Assembly (NCBI GenBank): GCA_046533775.1
Contig: JAWDOO010000003.1
Location: 49,325 to 81,324, forward strand
Reading direction: 5' to 3'
DNA length: 32,000 bases
Source: Candidatus Nanopusillus sp.
GTDB taxonomy: Archaea > Nanobdellota > Nanobdellia > Nanobdellales > Nanobdellaceae
The position numbers were made by a program, and so were the translations under genes. Of the stretch, positions 1 to 7,535 are shown piece by piece. Numbering within the stretch: the first letter of the stretch is position 1; every line of letters starts with the position of its first letter. The notes beneath the pieces were generated by a model, which ran no database searches, was not told where the DNA came from, and saw only the letters and a program-made list of their open reading frames with translations.

Positions 1-323
1 GCATAATACAAAGAATTATCTATTTTTCTAGCTCTAGTTTGTTTTATCATTGAAGGATATTTCTTAAATAATAATAGAGATACAAAAAATCCAAGGACAC
101 CGGCGATTATTCCAAATATTATTGGAAAAGTTGGATTAAAAGATCTATATACCTTTATATTATACATTAGAAGAAAGAAAAATGTAAATATTGATATTGA
201 TATAGATATTCCTATTGAATATATTTTAGCTTTATATATATACTTAAAAGGATCTTCTTTAGAATTAATTGCTAATAGATCCTTTTCTATACCATTGAAA
301 AATCGATCAAATATACCAGCCAT
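1..323 (-). CDS. Partial membrane protein (3' end beyond window edge); N-terminus resembles a FlaJ/TadC/PilC-type (T2SSF) pilus platform protein
   Basis: Not in the supplied ORF track because it runs off the window. Hand translation from reverse-strand ATG (323..321) is open to position 1: MAGIFDRFFNGIEKDLLAINSKEDPFKYIYKAKIYSIGISISISIFTFFFLLMYNIKVYRSFNPTFPIIFGIIAGVLGFFVSLLLFKKYPSMIKQTRARKIDNSLYY. Short cytoplasmic head, two hydrophobic helices, then a basic R-x-K-I-D-x-x-L segment, the same layout as the start of the 359..1615 protein. Confidence 0.4.
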   Translation of the reverse strand, partial: MAGIFDRFFNGIEKDLLAINSKEDPFKYIYKAKIYSIGISISISIFTFFFLLMYNIKVYRSFNPTFPIIFGIIAGVLGFFVSLLLFKKYPSMIKQTRARKIDNSLYY

Positions 324-358
324 ATATTTAAATATTAACATCCAAAATTAAAAGTATA
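324..358. promoter_or_regulatory. 35-bp divergent promoter region between the two platform-like genes
   Basis: Perfect palindrome ATATTTAAATAT at 324..335 is centred about 27-29 nt upstream of the ATG at 359. An A/T box (345..353, TTTTAATTT on the minus strand) sits about 26 nt upstream of the minus-strand ATG at 323. Spacing fits leaderless transcripts in both directions. Confidence 0.3.
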
Positions 359-1615
359 ATGATAACTAATGTATATAATAAAAGTGTAAATGAAAAGGGA
401 TTATTTGAAAAGTTTATAGATCAAATTTTTAATATAAAGGATCCATTACATTATAAAGAAATAAATGTTTTTGGTTCATATATTAAGGAAGATAAGTTTG
501 TATTGTATATATCTATTTTATTTGCATCAATATTTGGAATAATTGGAATAATATTTAAATTATATGAAAATTATGTAACGCTTTCAACATTAATAATAGT
601 TATATATATTGTAGGAGGAGTTCCATATTTGTTTTACAAGTATATTGAAAGTAAAATATATGAAAATATATCAAATAATTATACATATTTTTTATCTTAT
701 TTGTCTGAAAGTTTATCATCTGGAATGACATTATTGGATGCTCTAGGATATTTATCTTCGGTAGATTTAGGATATCTGTCTTTTTTAGTTAAAAAATTAT
801 ATAGTTGGATTGCCTGGGGTATGTCATTTGAAAAGGCATTTACATTATTTAACATGTATTTTGATGAGCTTCCAAATATAAAGATGATTAATTATGTAAT
901 ATTGGAAACATATAAGGGTGGAGGTGATATTTCGAAGGTTTTAAAAAAGTTATATAATGATTTGGAATCTGTAAAAGAATTGGATGGATTAAAGAAAGCA
1001 TATGTATCGCAACAAATAATGGTTTTATATGCTATATTTGTTATATTTATTGGATTATCGATTTCTATATTAAATACAATTAAACCATTGATAATAAGTC
1101 AAGTTTCTGTTTCTAACATTCATACAACATTTAATTTCTTTTCTTCTTCAATAAATTATCCATGGTTAAAGTTTATTACAGCTTTGTCAATAATTTTTGT
1201 AGGAATTTCAGCATCAATTATAATGGGTATTGCTGAAAGTGGAAAAATAAGGTCTTCAGTAAAGCATTTAGCAATAAATAATTTAATAGGATTGTTATCT
1301 ATAGTAATTTTTGTTCTACCTTCTTTTGTAACATTTAATTTACAAGTTTTTCCAACAACTGCTTATGTATATACCCCAATAAATATACAAGTATATGGAT
1401 ATATTGATGCGCAGCCAATAACAAATGCCCCATTAACAATATATGTAATAAATTCAGCTGGAAATTATGTTTATCAGAATTTTCAAATATTACAGAACGG
1501 ATATTATTCTCAGTCTATTGAATTAAATAACACGGGTACATATACTATAGAAGCAATATTAAATTATAATGGAAAAAAATATATGCAAAAACAAGAAATT
1601 AATGTAACAATATGA
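359..1615 (+). CDS. Type IV pilus/archaellum-like platform membrane protein with a single T2SSF (GspF/TadC/FlaJ-like) domain and a C-terminal beta-rich tail
   Basis: 418-aa ORF with about 5 hydrophobic helices. The cytoplasmic block YFLSYLSESLSSGMTLLDALGYL...GMSFEKAF...ILETYKGGGDISKVLKKLYNDLESVKEL fits the T2SSF helical-domain pattern. About 95 aa after the last TM (aa 325-418) are beta-strand-like (PLTIYVINSAGNYVYQNF...GTYTIEAILNYNGKKY). Confidence 0.6.
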   Translation: MITNVYNKSVNEKGLFEKFIDQIFNIKDPLHYKEINVFGSYIKEDKFVLYISILFASIFGIIGIIFKLYENYVTLSTLIIVIYIVGGVPYLFYKYIESKIYENISNNYTYFLSYLSESLSSGMTLLDALGYLSSVDLGYLSFLVKKLYSWIAWGMSFEKAFTLFNMYFDELPNIKMINYVILETYKGGGDISKVLKKLYNDLESVKELDGLKKAYVSQQIMVLYAIFVIFIGLSISILNTIKPLIISQVSVSNIHTTFNFFSSSINYPWLKFITALSIIFVGISASIIMGIAESGKIRSSVKHLAINNLIGLLSIVIFVLPSFVTFNLQVFPTTAYVYTPINIQVYGYIDAQPITNAPLTIYVINSAGNYVYQNFQILQNGYYSQSIELNNTGTYTIEAILNYNGKKYMQKQEINVTI

Positions 1616-2298
1616 AATCTCAAAGTTGGATTGAGGTATTAATTACACTTGCTGTCTTTTTATATATTATAATTTATATGTATCAAGATATAGTTAGTGG
1701 ATTATCTCAATATTCTACTGGATTATATAAAATATCAGAATATCAAAAATTATATATTAGTTCTTTTTATTTTTCTCAATTTTATGATCCTCAAATAGTA
1801 TATAATTATACAAATTTTTCTTTTTCATATTATTATACTCCCAATGTTATATTTTTATCTACAAACTCATTTATTTGTAATAATTGTATAGAATTTTTTT
1901 ATAATATGAGTTCAAACAATATAGAAATAATACAGAATTCTAATATAAATGTAACATCAATTTTGCAAGTTTATATATATGGAACAACACAAAATATTAG
2001 TATAACAAATAATTCTGCATATTATAATTGCAATAATTATTTAAGTTCTTCATTTTTTAGTGTATATACAAGAACATACTTATATTGTAATTTTAATTTA
2101 ATTGGAAATTCTAGTATTTATATAAATACAAATGAAAAATTCTTAATTATAAATAATTATAATACAGTATTATACTTATATAATGGGGATAAAATTGTTG
2201 GTCTTCCAAATATATTAATGAATATTTATTCAACAGTATATTTAAATTATTTTCAATATTTTAATGGATCTATAAATTATATATCTCTATATGGATAA
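1612..2298 (+). CDS. Pilin-like protein with class III (type IV prepilin-like) signal peptide, sequon-rich
   Basis: ATGA start/stop overlap with the platform gene. N-terminus MKS|QSWIEVLITLAVFLYIIIYMY has a short basic leader, a small residue at -1, Gln at +1, Glu at +5, then about 20 hydrophobic residues. About 8 N-x-S/T sequons in 228 aa. Confidence 0.5.
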   Translation: MKSQSWIEVLITLAVFLYIIIYMYQDIVSGLSQYSTGLYKISEYQKLYISSFYFSQFYDPQIVYNYTNFSFSYYYTPNVIFLSTNSFICNNCIEFFYNMSSNNIEIIQNSNINVTSILQVYIYGTTQNISITNNSAYYNCNNYLSSSFFSVYTRTYLYCNFNLIGNSSIYINTNEKFLIINNYNTVLYLYNGDKIVGLPNILMNIYSTVYLNYFQYFNGSINYISLYG

Positions 2299-2299
2299 T

Positions 2300-2313
2300 G
2301 AAAAATTTATATA
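2300..2313 (+). promoter_or_regulatory. BRE/TATA promoter for tRNA-Lys
   Basis: GAAAAA (2300..2305) followed by TTTATATA (2306..2313). The TATA centre lies about 33 nt upstream of the mature tRNA 5' end, which fits a TSS a few nt upstream of the tRNA. Confidence 0.45.
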
Positions 2314-2342
2314 AGAATCATGAATATAAATTAAATATTGTT

Positions 2343-2415
2343 GGGCCCGTAGCTTAGTTGGTAAAGCGTCGGGCTTTTAACCCGAAGATCGGGGGTTCGA
2401 ATCCCCCCGGGCCCG
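2343..2415 (+). tRNA. tRNA-Lys (anticodon UUU)
   Basis: Hand-folded cloverleaf. Acceptor GGGCCCG/CGGGCCC, D-stem GCTT/AAGC, anticodon stem TCGGG/CCCGA with loop CT-TTT-AA, T-stem GGGGG/CCCCC with loop TTCGAAT, discriminator G. No encoded CCA and no intron. Confidence 0.95.
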
Positions 2416-2800
2416 GGTTCGATTATTATAAATGATTAAGCTTAATAACAAATTTAGAATAATTCATAATTAGTATTGAAATGTATATATAAATAATTTA
2501 CTAATTTCTACAAGATTTGTAAGTTTATATTCTAATAATTATCAATAATTAATAAATAGTTTAAATATTGTAATATTTAGAACAAATGTAAATAGTAAAT
2601 TATATAATTATTATGCAATAATATTAACATTGAGAAATACAAATTAAAATATTATATTTATTAAAATATTACTACACTAGTTATATTTTTGGAGAGTAAT
2701 GGGTAATAGAAATATAATGCTTGCAAATATTAAATTTATATCCATAGGATCCAGAAGTTGTGAATATTTTATTCATAAATTTTTTTGATAATTTTTCTTT

Positions 2801-3595
2801 ATGAGTCTGGATACCTTAATATTAGCAGGTGGTTTTGCTAAGAGATTTAGACCATTATCAGATTATGTACCAAAACCATTGTTTCCAGTGGGAGGAGTAC
2901 CATTAATATATTATGTAATAGAAAAAGCATTAGAAACAGGTTCAGATGGAATAATTATATCTACAAATAAAAAATATGAAAATCATTTTAGACATATTTT
3001 AGCATCATTATATTCTTTTTATGGACCATCCCAAATTGGAAAAATAAGATTGGTAATTGAACCGTCAAATTCTGAAGAAAATAAGTTAGGATCTATTGGA
3101 GGTTTACATTACGCAATAAAAGAGATGAGCATAAATAATAATTTACTAATATTATTGGGAGATAATTTGTTTAGTTTTAATTTAAATAAAATAATTAAAT
3201 TGGGAAATGAAAATAATTCCATAGCTTTGGCAATATATGATGTAAAGAATTCGGATGATGCAAAAAATTATGGAGTAGTAAAATTAGAAAATAATATAAT
3301 AAAGGAATTTTATGAGAAACCTCAAAATCCATTATATACTACAATATCTACTGGAATATATTATATTCCAAAAGAAAAATTGTATCTATTAGATGAATAT
3401 ATGGATTCTAATTATAGTAAAGATTCTATGGGAAATTTCTTTGAATATTTAATAAAAAAGGGAGAGAAAATATATGGATATGTATATAATGATGACAGTG
3501 AATATTGGTTTGATATTGGTACAATAGAATCTTATCAAAGAGCAAATAAGTTTGTAAATGAAAAAGGTTTATATAGAAGATGGACATGGCCATAA
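2801..3595 (+). CDS. Sugar-phosphate nucleotidyltransferase (NTP_transferase family)
   Basis: N-terminal LILAGGFAKRFRPLSDYVPKPLFPVGGVPLIYYVIE matches the G-x-G-x-R...PKP signature of glucose-1-P thymidylyl/uridylyl/mannose-1-P guanylyl transferases. Sugar specificity cannot be assigned. Confidence 0.75.
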   Translation: MSLDTLILAGGFAKRFRPLSDYVPKPLFPVGGVPLIYYVIEKALETGSDGIIISTNKKYENHFRHILASLYSFYGPSQIGKIRLVIEPSNSEENKLGSIGGLHYAIKEMSINNNLLILLGDNLFSFNLNKIIKLGNENNSIALAIYDVKNSDDAKNYGVVKLENNIIKEFYEKPQNPLYTTISTGIYYIPKEKLYLLDEYMDSNYSKDSMGNFFEYLIKKGEKIYGYVYNDDSEYWFDIGTIESYQRANKFVNEKGLYRRWTWP

Positions 3596-3602
3596 ATAAA
3601 AG

Positions 3603-3610
3603 TTTTTCTT
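3603..3610 (+). terminator. Oligo-T tract after the nucleotidyltransferase gene
   Basis: TTTTTCTT begins 8 nt after the TAA stop (3593..3595). Archaeal intrinsic termination commonly uses T-runs. Confidence 0.3.
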
Positions 3611-3625
3611 ATAAATTATTTTTAA

Positions 3626-5401
3626 ATGATAAGATCTCCGATAATTGTTGTTTTAGGTCATGTTGATGCTGGTAAAACTTCTCTATTAGATAAGATTAGA
3701 AATACATCTTATATAAAAAAAGAAGTTGGTGAAATGACTCAACATATAGGAGCTACAGAAGTATCAATTGATGTAATTAAGGAAATATCAAAACCACTAT
3801 TAAATATGTTTAAATTTGATCTAAAGATTCCTTCTTTATTATTTATAGATACTCCTGGTCATGAGGTATTTAGTAATTTAAGAAAAAGAGGAGGATCTGT
3901 TTCAGATTTAGCAATTATTGTAATAGATATATTGGAAGGATTTCAAAAACAAACATATGAAGCAATAGAAATATGTAAACAGTTAAAAGTACCATTTTTA
4001 ATTGCATTAAATAAAATAGATAAAATAGATGGATGGAAACCTTATGAAAATAAACCATTTTTAGAGAGTATAAAATATCAGGATCAAAGAGTAATAAATA
4101 AATTAGAAGAATATACATATAATATTGTAGCTAAATTATATGAATTGGGATTTGATTCTGATAGATACGATAGAGTAAAAGATTTTAGAAGACAGGTTGC
4201 AATCATTCCTGTTTCTTCAAAAACTGGCGAAGGTATTCCCGATTTATTATTATTAATTGCAGGGCTTTCCCAAAGATATTTAGAAGAAAAATTAAAAATA
4301 AATGTTGAAGGAAATGGTGTTGGAGTAATTCTAGAAGTAAAAGAAGAGAAAGGTTTAGGTAGTGTAATAGATATAATATTATATGATGGTAAAATAAAAA
4401 AAGGTGATAAAATTGCATTTTTATCAAAAGATGGTATTAAAACATCAAAAGTAAAATTAATATTAAAGCCATTACCTTTAACAGATATTAGATTTGCTGG
4501 TAGAAATAAATTTAAAGAAATAGATATTGCATATGCAGCAAGTGGTATAAGAATATCGGCAGATGGATTAGATAATGCTCTACCAGGTTCCACAATCTAT
4601 GTATATAATGATGAAAAAGAATTAAAGGAAATAGAACAGAAATTAAAGGGAGATATTGAAAATATAATATTTCAAACTGATAAGGAAGGTATTATTGTTA
4701 AAGCAGATACATTGGGATCATTGGAAGTATTAGTAAAAATGTTAAGGGATAGAAATATTCCAATAAAAAAGGCAGATATAGGGGATATAAATAAGGAAGA
4801 TGTAAATATAGCATTATCTATGAAGGAAAAATATCCTCAATATTCTGTAATAGTTGGATTTAATATTGGAATAAATAAGAATGATGAAGAATATGTAAAA
4901 TCTTCAAATATAAATTTAATAATATCAAATGTTATATATGATTTAATTGAAAAAATTGAGAAATATATTAATGAGATAAAATATAATAAAGAAAGAATAT
5001 TAAGAGAATTACCACCAATAGGAAAGATAAAAATATTGAAGGGAAATATATTTAGAAGATCAAATCCTGCAATTGTTGGGATTGAAGTTTTGGGAGGAGA
5101 AATAAGAAAAGATGTATATTTAATTAATTTAGATGGAAAAATAATCGGAAGAATTTTGGCAATACAAAAAGAAAAAAAGAATATAGATGTGGCTATTAAA
5201 AATGATAAGGTTGCTATATCTATAGATGATGCAGTAGTTGGGAGAAATTTATTTGAAGATGATATATTATATACTTTTATATCTGAAAATGATTATAGAA
5301 AATTTAAGGAAAATAAAGATATTTTAAATGATGAACAAAAAGAAATATTAAAGGAAATAGCAAATATAATGAGAAAAGAAAATCCTGCTTGGGGTTTATG
5401 A
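3626..5401 (+). CDS. infB: Translation initiation factor aIF5B (IF2-type GTPase)
   Basis: GTPase motifs VLGHVDAGKTSLLD (G1), DTPGHEVF (G3), NKIDK (G4). 591 aa, typical for aIF5B. The C-terminal beta-barrel/helical regions are alignable by eye. Confidence 0.92.
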   Translation: MIRSPIIVVLGHVDAGKTSLLDKIRNTSYIKKEVGEMTQHIGATEVSIDVIKEISKPLLNMFKFDLKIPSLLFIDTPGHEVFSNLRKRGGSVSDLAIIVIDILEGFQKQTYEAIEICKQLKVPFLIALNKIDKIDGWKPYENKPFLESIKYQDQRVINKLEEYTYNIVAKLYELGFDSDRYDRVKDFRRQVAIIPVSSKTGEGIPDLLLLIAGLSQRYLEEKLKINVEGNGVGVILEVKEEKGLGSVIDIILYDGKIKKGDKIAFLSKDGIKTSKVKLILKPLPLTDIRFAGRNKFKEIDIAYAASGIRISADGLDNALPGSTIYVYNDEKELKEIEQKLKGDIENIIFQTDKEGIIVKADTLGSLEVLVKMLRDRNIPIKKADIGDINKEDVNIALSMKEKYPQYSVIVGFNIGINKNDEEYVKSSNINLIISNVIYDLIEKIEKYINEIKYNKERILRELPPIGKIKILKGNIFRRSNPAIVGIEVLGGEIRKDVYLINLDGKIIGRILAIQKEKKNIDVAIKNDKVAISIDDAVVGRNLFEDDILYTFISENDYRKFKENKDILNDEQKEILKEIANIMRKENPAWGL

Positions 5402-5869
5402 TTTTTTAATTTTGCTAAACTTTCTTTTATATTCTCTATTTGTATTTTCTAAAATGTGTGATGGTTTAGATAATGAAATTATATCATCTATATCAAAGAA
5501 ATCCTTCAATATATTTTCAATGCTTTCCTTATCTATATTTATATTTTGACCAGGTAATTTTGAATAAATTATGTTTATTGTAATATCTTTTGGGATTTTA
5601 AAAAAGTATAGAGGTTCTAGTTTTAATAAATTAAATATATTAAATTTTTTATCTGAGAAAAAAGAGAAAAATAATGGATGATCATCAATGAAAGTTCTAG
5701 GAATAAATCCAAAATAGAAAGGATATGATACTTTTAAATTCATATAAGTATTTATATTTAAATCAAAATCTATTATATTTATTGCATTTGTATCTGGTAA
5801 ATTTAATATTATTCCATTAAAAAAATCTGGAAATTCATCATTTTGTTCAATATGTAATAGTTCTTTCAT
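5396..5869 (-). CDS. Family I inorganic pyrophosphatase-like protein with degenerate active site
   Basis: The core VSYPFYFGFIPRTFIDDHPLFFSFF parallels the PPase signature YP-x-NYGFIP-x-T-x-x-x-DGDP-x-DVLV, but the DGDP-x-D aspartates are not conserved. I prefer the start at Met36 of the track ORF (ATG rc at 5869). It avoids a 32-nt overlap with rps6e and places TTTTTATAT (rc of 5891..5899) about 26 nt upstream. Confidence 0.5.
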   Translation of the reverse strand: MKELLHIEQNDEFPDFFNGIILNLPDTNAINIIDFDLNINTYMNLKVSYPFYFGFIPRTFIDDHPLFFSFFSDKKFNIFNLLKLEPLYFFKIPKDITINIIYSKLPGQNINIDKESIENILKDFFDIDDIISLSKPSHILENTNREYKRKFSKIKKS

Positions 5870-5942
5870 AATAAATTTAAAGTATTTGTTATATAAAAAT
5901 TTTTCATTAAAGAATAAAAATATTTTCCATAATTGATATAAA

Positions 5943-6332
5943 ATGGCAAACAAGAGAAAAGAAATTATATTCAAAGTTGTAGTATCAGATCCAAAGACTG
6001 GAAAGTCTATTCAAGTACAAACAAAAGACGAATCATTAGTGGGCAAGAAAATTGGAGATATAATTGATGGATCAATAATTAATTTAGATGGATATAAATT
6101 AAGGATAACTGGTGGTTCTGGATTTGAAGGTGCTCCAATGGTAAATTATGTTGAAGGAATGAATAAAAAATATGTGTGGTATAATGAAAATAAAAAGGTA
6201 AGGGTTAAAAAATTAGTTAGGGGAAATACAATATCTCCAGAAATTGTACAAGTAAATACTAAAATAGAAGAATATGGAAATAAAGATTTTAATCAAATAT
6301 ATGAAGAATTTAAATCACAAAAATCTCAATGA
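5943..6332 (+). CDS. rps6e: 30S ribosomal protein S6e
   Basis: FKVVVSDPKTGKSIQVQ...GYKLRITGGSGFEGAPM...VRGNTISPEIVQVN are classic eS6 blocks. 129 aa. Confidence 0.92.
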   Translation: MANKRKEIIFKVVVSDPKTGKSIQVQTKDESLVGKKIGDIIDGSIINLDGYKLRITGGSGFEGAPMVNYVEGMNKKYVWYNENKKVRVKKLVRGNTISPEIVQVNTKIEEYGNKDFNQIYEEFKSQKSQ

Positions 6333-7525
6333 TAATTTCTTTAGGAATAGAATCTACTGCTCATACATATTCAATTGGAATTGTTGATGAGAATGGAAAT
6401 ATATATTCTAATGAGAGAATAATATATAAAAGTGAGAAGGGAGGAATACATCCAAGAGAAGCTGCAGAGTTACATTCAAAAGAGAGTATTAATATTTTAA
6501 GAAATTCCGTATGGAAAGCTGGATTTATTTTTAAGAAATTAAATGATAAATTTTATATTGTAGATGCATTATATGAGATAAAAAATAAATTAGAGGGATC
6601 AGAGGAAAAATTTTATAATGAACCATGGAATAGAAAAAGATATATAATATATAATAATAATAAAATATGGATTGAAAATAATAAAATAGTCTCAGATAAT
6701 AAAGAATTGGAAAATATTTTAAATTCATATATAAATAATTTAAATAATTTTGAAAGAAAAATAAATTTAATTTCATATTCTGCAGGACCTGGTTTATATC
6801 CAACATTGGTTCAAGCATATTTTAGTGGTAAATTATTTTCTAAAATATTTAATTCAAATTTAATTGGAGTAAATCATTTAATAGCACATGCTGAAATTGT
6901 TAAATTATATAATAAATTTACTGATCCTTTAATTTTATTAGTTTCAGGAGCAAATACAATGTTATTATCATTTGAAGGAAATAAATATAGAATTGTTGGG
7001 GAGACTTTAGATATGGGTGTAGGAAACTTTTTAGATAAAGTTGGTAGATTATTAAATATTGGATTTCCAGCTGGTCCAAAAATTGAAGAATTATCAAAAA
7101 AAGGAAAAAATCTAATAAAATTACCATATTCTGTTAAAGGAATGGATATACAATTAGGAGGAATATATACGTATATAAAAAATCTAATAAAAAGGGAAAA
7201 TATTAATATATATGATTTATCATATTCTATTCAAGAATATATATTTTCAATGTTAGCAGAAATATCTGAAAGAGGATTATCTTTATTGGATAAAAGAGAA
7301 TTTGGATTAACTGGAGGAGTTGCTGTAAATAAAAGATTACAAGAGATTTTATATTTAATGTGTAATGAAAGGAATGTAAAATTTGGAACTGTTCCTTTAG
7401 ATTTAGGAAATGATAATGGTGCTATGATTGCATGGACTGGAATTTTATGGTATAAAAATGGTATAAATATAATTGATGGGATTAATCCATATTGGAGGCC
7501 TGAGGATATTGAATATAAAATTTAA
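6329..7525 (+). CDS. kae1: tRNA N6-adenosine threonylcarbamoyltransferase Kae1 (not fused to Bud32), with an internal insertion
   Basis: LGIESTAHTYSIGIV, GGIHPREAAELH, SAGPGL, GVNHLIAHAEI (H-x4-H metal site), GETLDMGVGNFLDK, GGVAVN and GNDNGAMIAW are all present. 398 aa versus about 330 typical. ATGA overlap with rps6e. Confidence 0.9.
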   Translation: MIISLGIESTAHTYSIGIVDENGNIYSNERIIYKSEKGGIHPREAAELHSKESINILRNSVWKAGFIFKKLNDKFYIVDALYEIKNKLEGSEEKFYNEPWNRKRYIIYNNNKIWIENNKIVSDNKELENILNSYINNLNNFERKINLISYSAGPGLYPTLVQAYFSGKLFSKIFNSNLIGVNHLIAHAEIVKLYNKFTDPLILLVSGANTMLLSFEGNKYRIVGETLDMGVGNFLDKVGRLLNIGFPAGPKIEELSKKGKNLIKLPYSVKGMDIQLGGIYTYIKNLIKRENINIYDLSYSIQEYIFSMLAEISERGLSLLDKREFGLTGGVAVNKRLQEILYLMCNERNVKFGTVPLDLGNDNGAMIAWTGILWYKNGINIIDGINPYWRPEDIEYKI

Positions 7526-7535
7526 ATATTATATT

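Noticed and set aside
2416-2460. C/D-box sRNA immediately after tRNA-Lys (AATGATTA resembles box C)
   Set aside because: There is no matching box D (CTGA) or C'/D' at appropriate spacing on either strand, and no terminal stem.
2747-2764. GGATCCAGAAGTTGTGAA, loosely resembling an archaeal origin recognition box (mini-ORB TCCAGTGGAAAC)
   Set aside because: Single copy with several mismatches. There is no inverted partner and no cdc6/orc1 gene nearby, so it does not justify an origin call.
2699-2788. 29-codon ORF (MGNRNIMLANIKFISIGSRSCEYFIHKFF) preceded by GGAGAG, inside the 385-bp gap
   Set aside because: It is too short and compositionally unremarkable. Other genes in the window appear leaderless with no Shine-Dalgarno pattern, so the GGAG is probably coincidental. 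It cannot be supported without conservation or Ribo-seq data.
4084-4593. 169-aa ORF antisense to aIF5B, plus the smaller antisense ORFs at 3915..4118 and 4203..4427
   Set aside because: It lies entirely inside a confidently identified gene. The protein is low-complexity (S/F/L/P/I-rich) and mirrors the Lys/Glu/Asp-rich sense codons. No start context, promoter or motif. This is the typical shadow ORF of purine-rich coding sequence.
5870-5974. N-terminal 35-codon extension of the PPase-like ORF
   Set aside because: It would overlap the divergent rps6e start by 32 nt and add a hydrophobic stretch with no counterpart in PPases. The internal ATG at 5869 has a TATA-like box at the correct distance.
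6500-6720. Intein as the explanation for the Kae1 insertion
   Set aside because: The insert is only about 65 aa. It has no Cys/Ser/Thr at the N-junction, no His-Asn plus nucleophile at the C-junction, and no homing endonuclease or Hint motifs.
7473-7535. Upstream extension of the L29 ORF (track start at 7473)
   Set aside because: The first 21 codons lie within or overlap the 3' end of kae1 and encode no L29-like sequence. The in-frame ATGs at 7536 and 7554 follow the kae1 stop.
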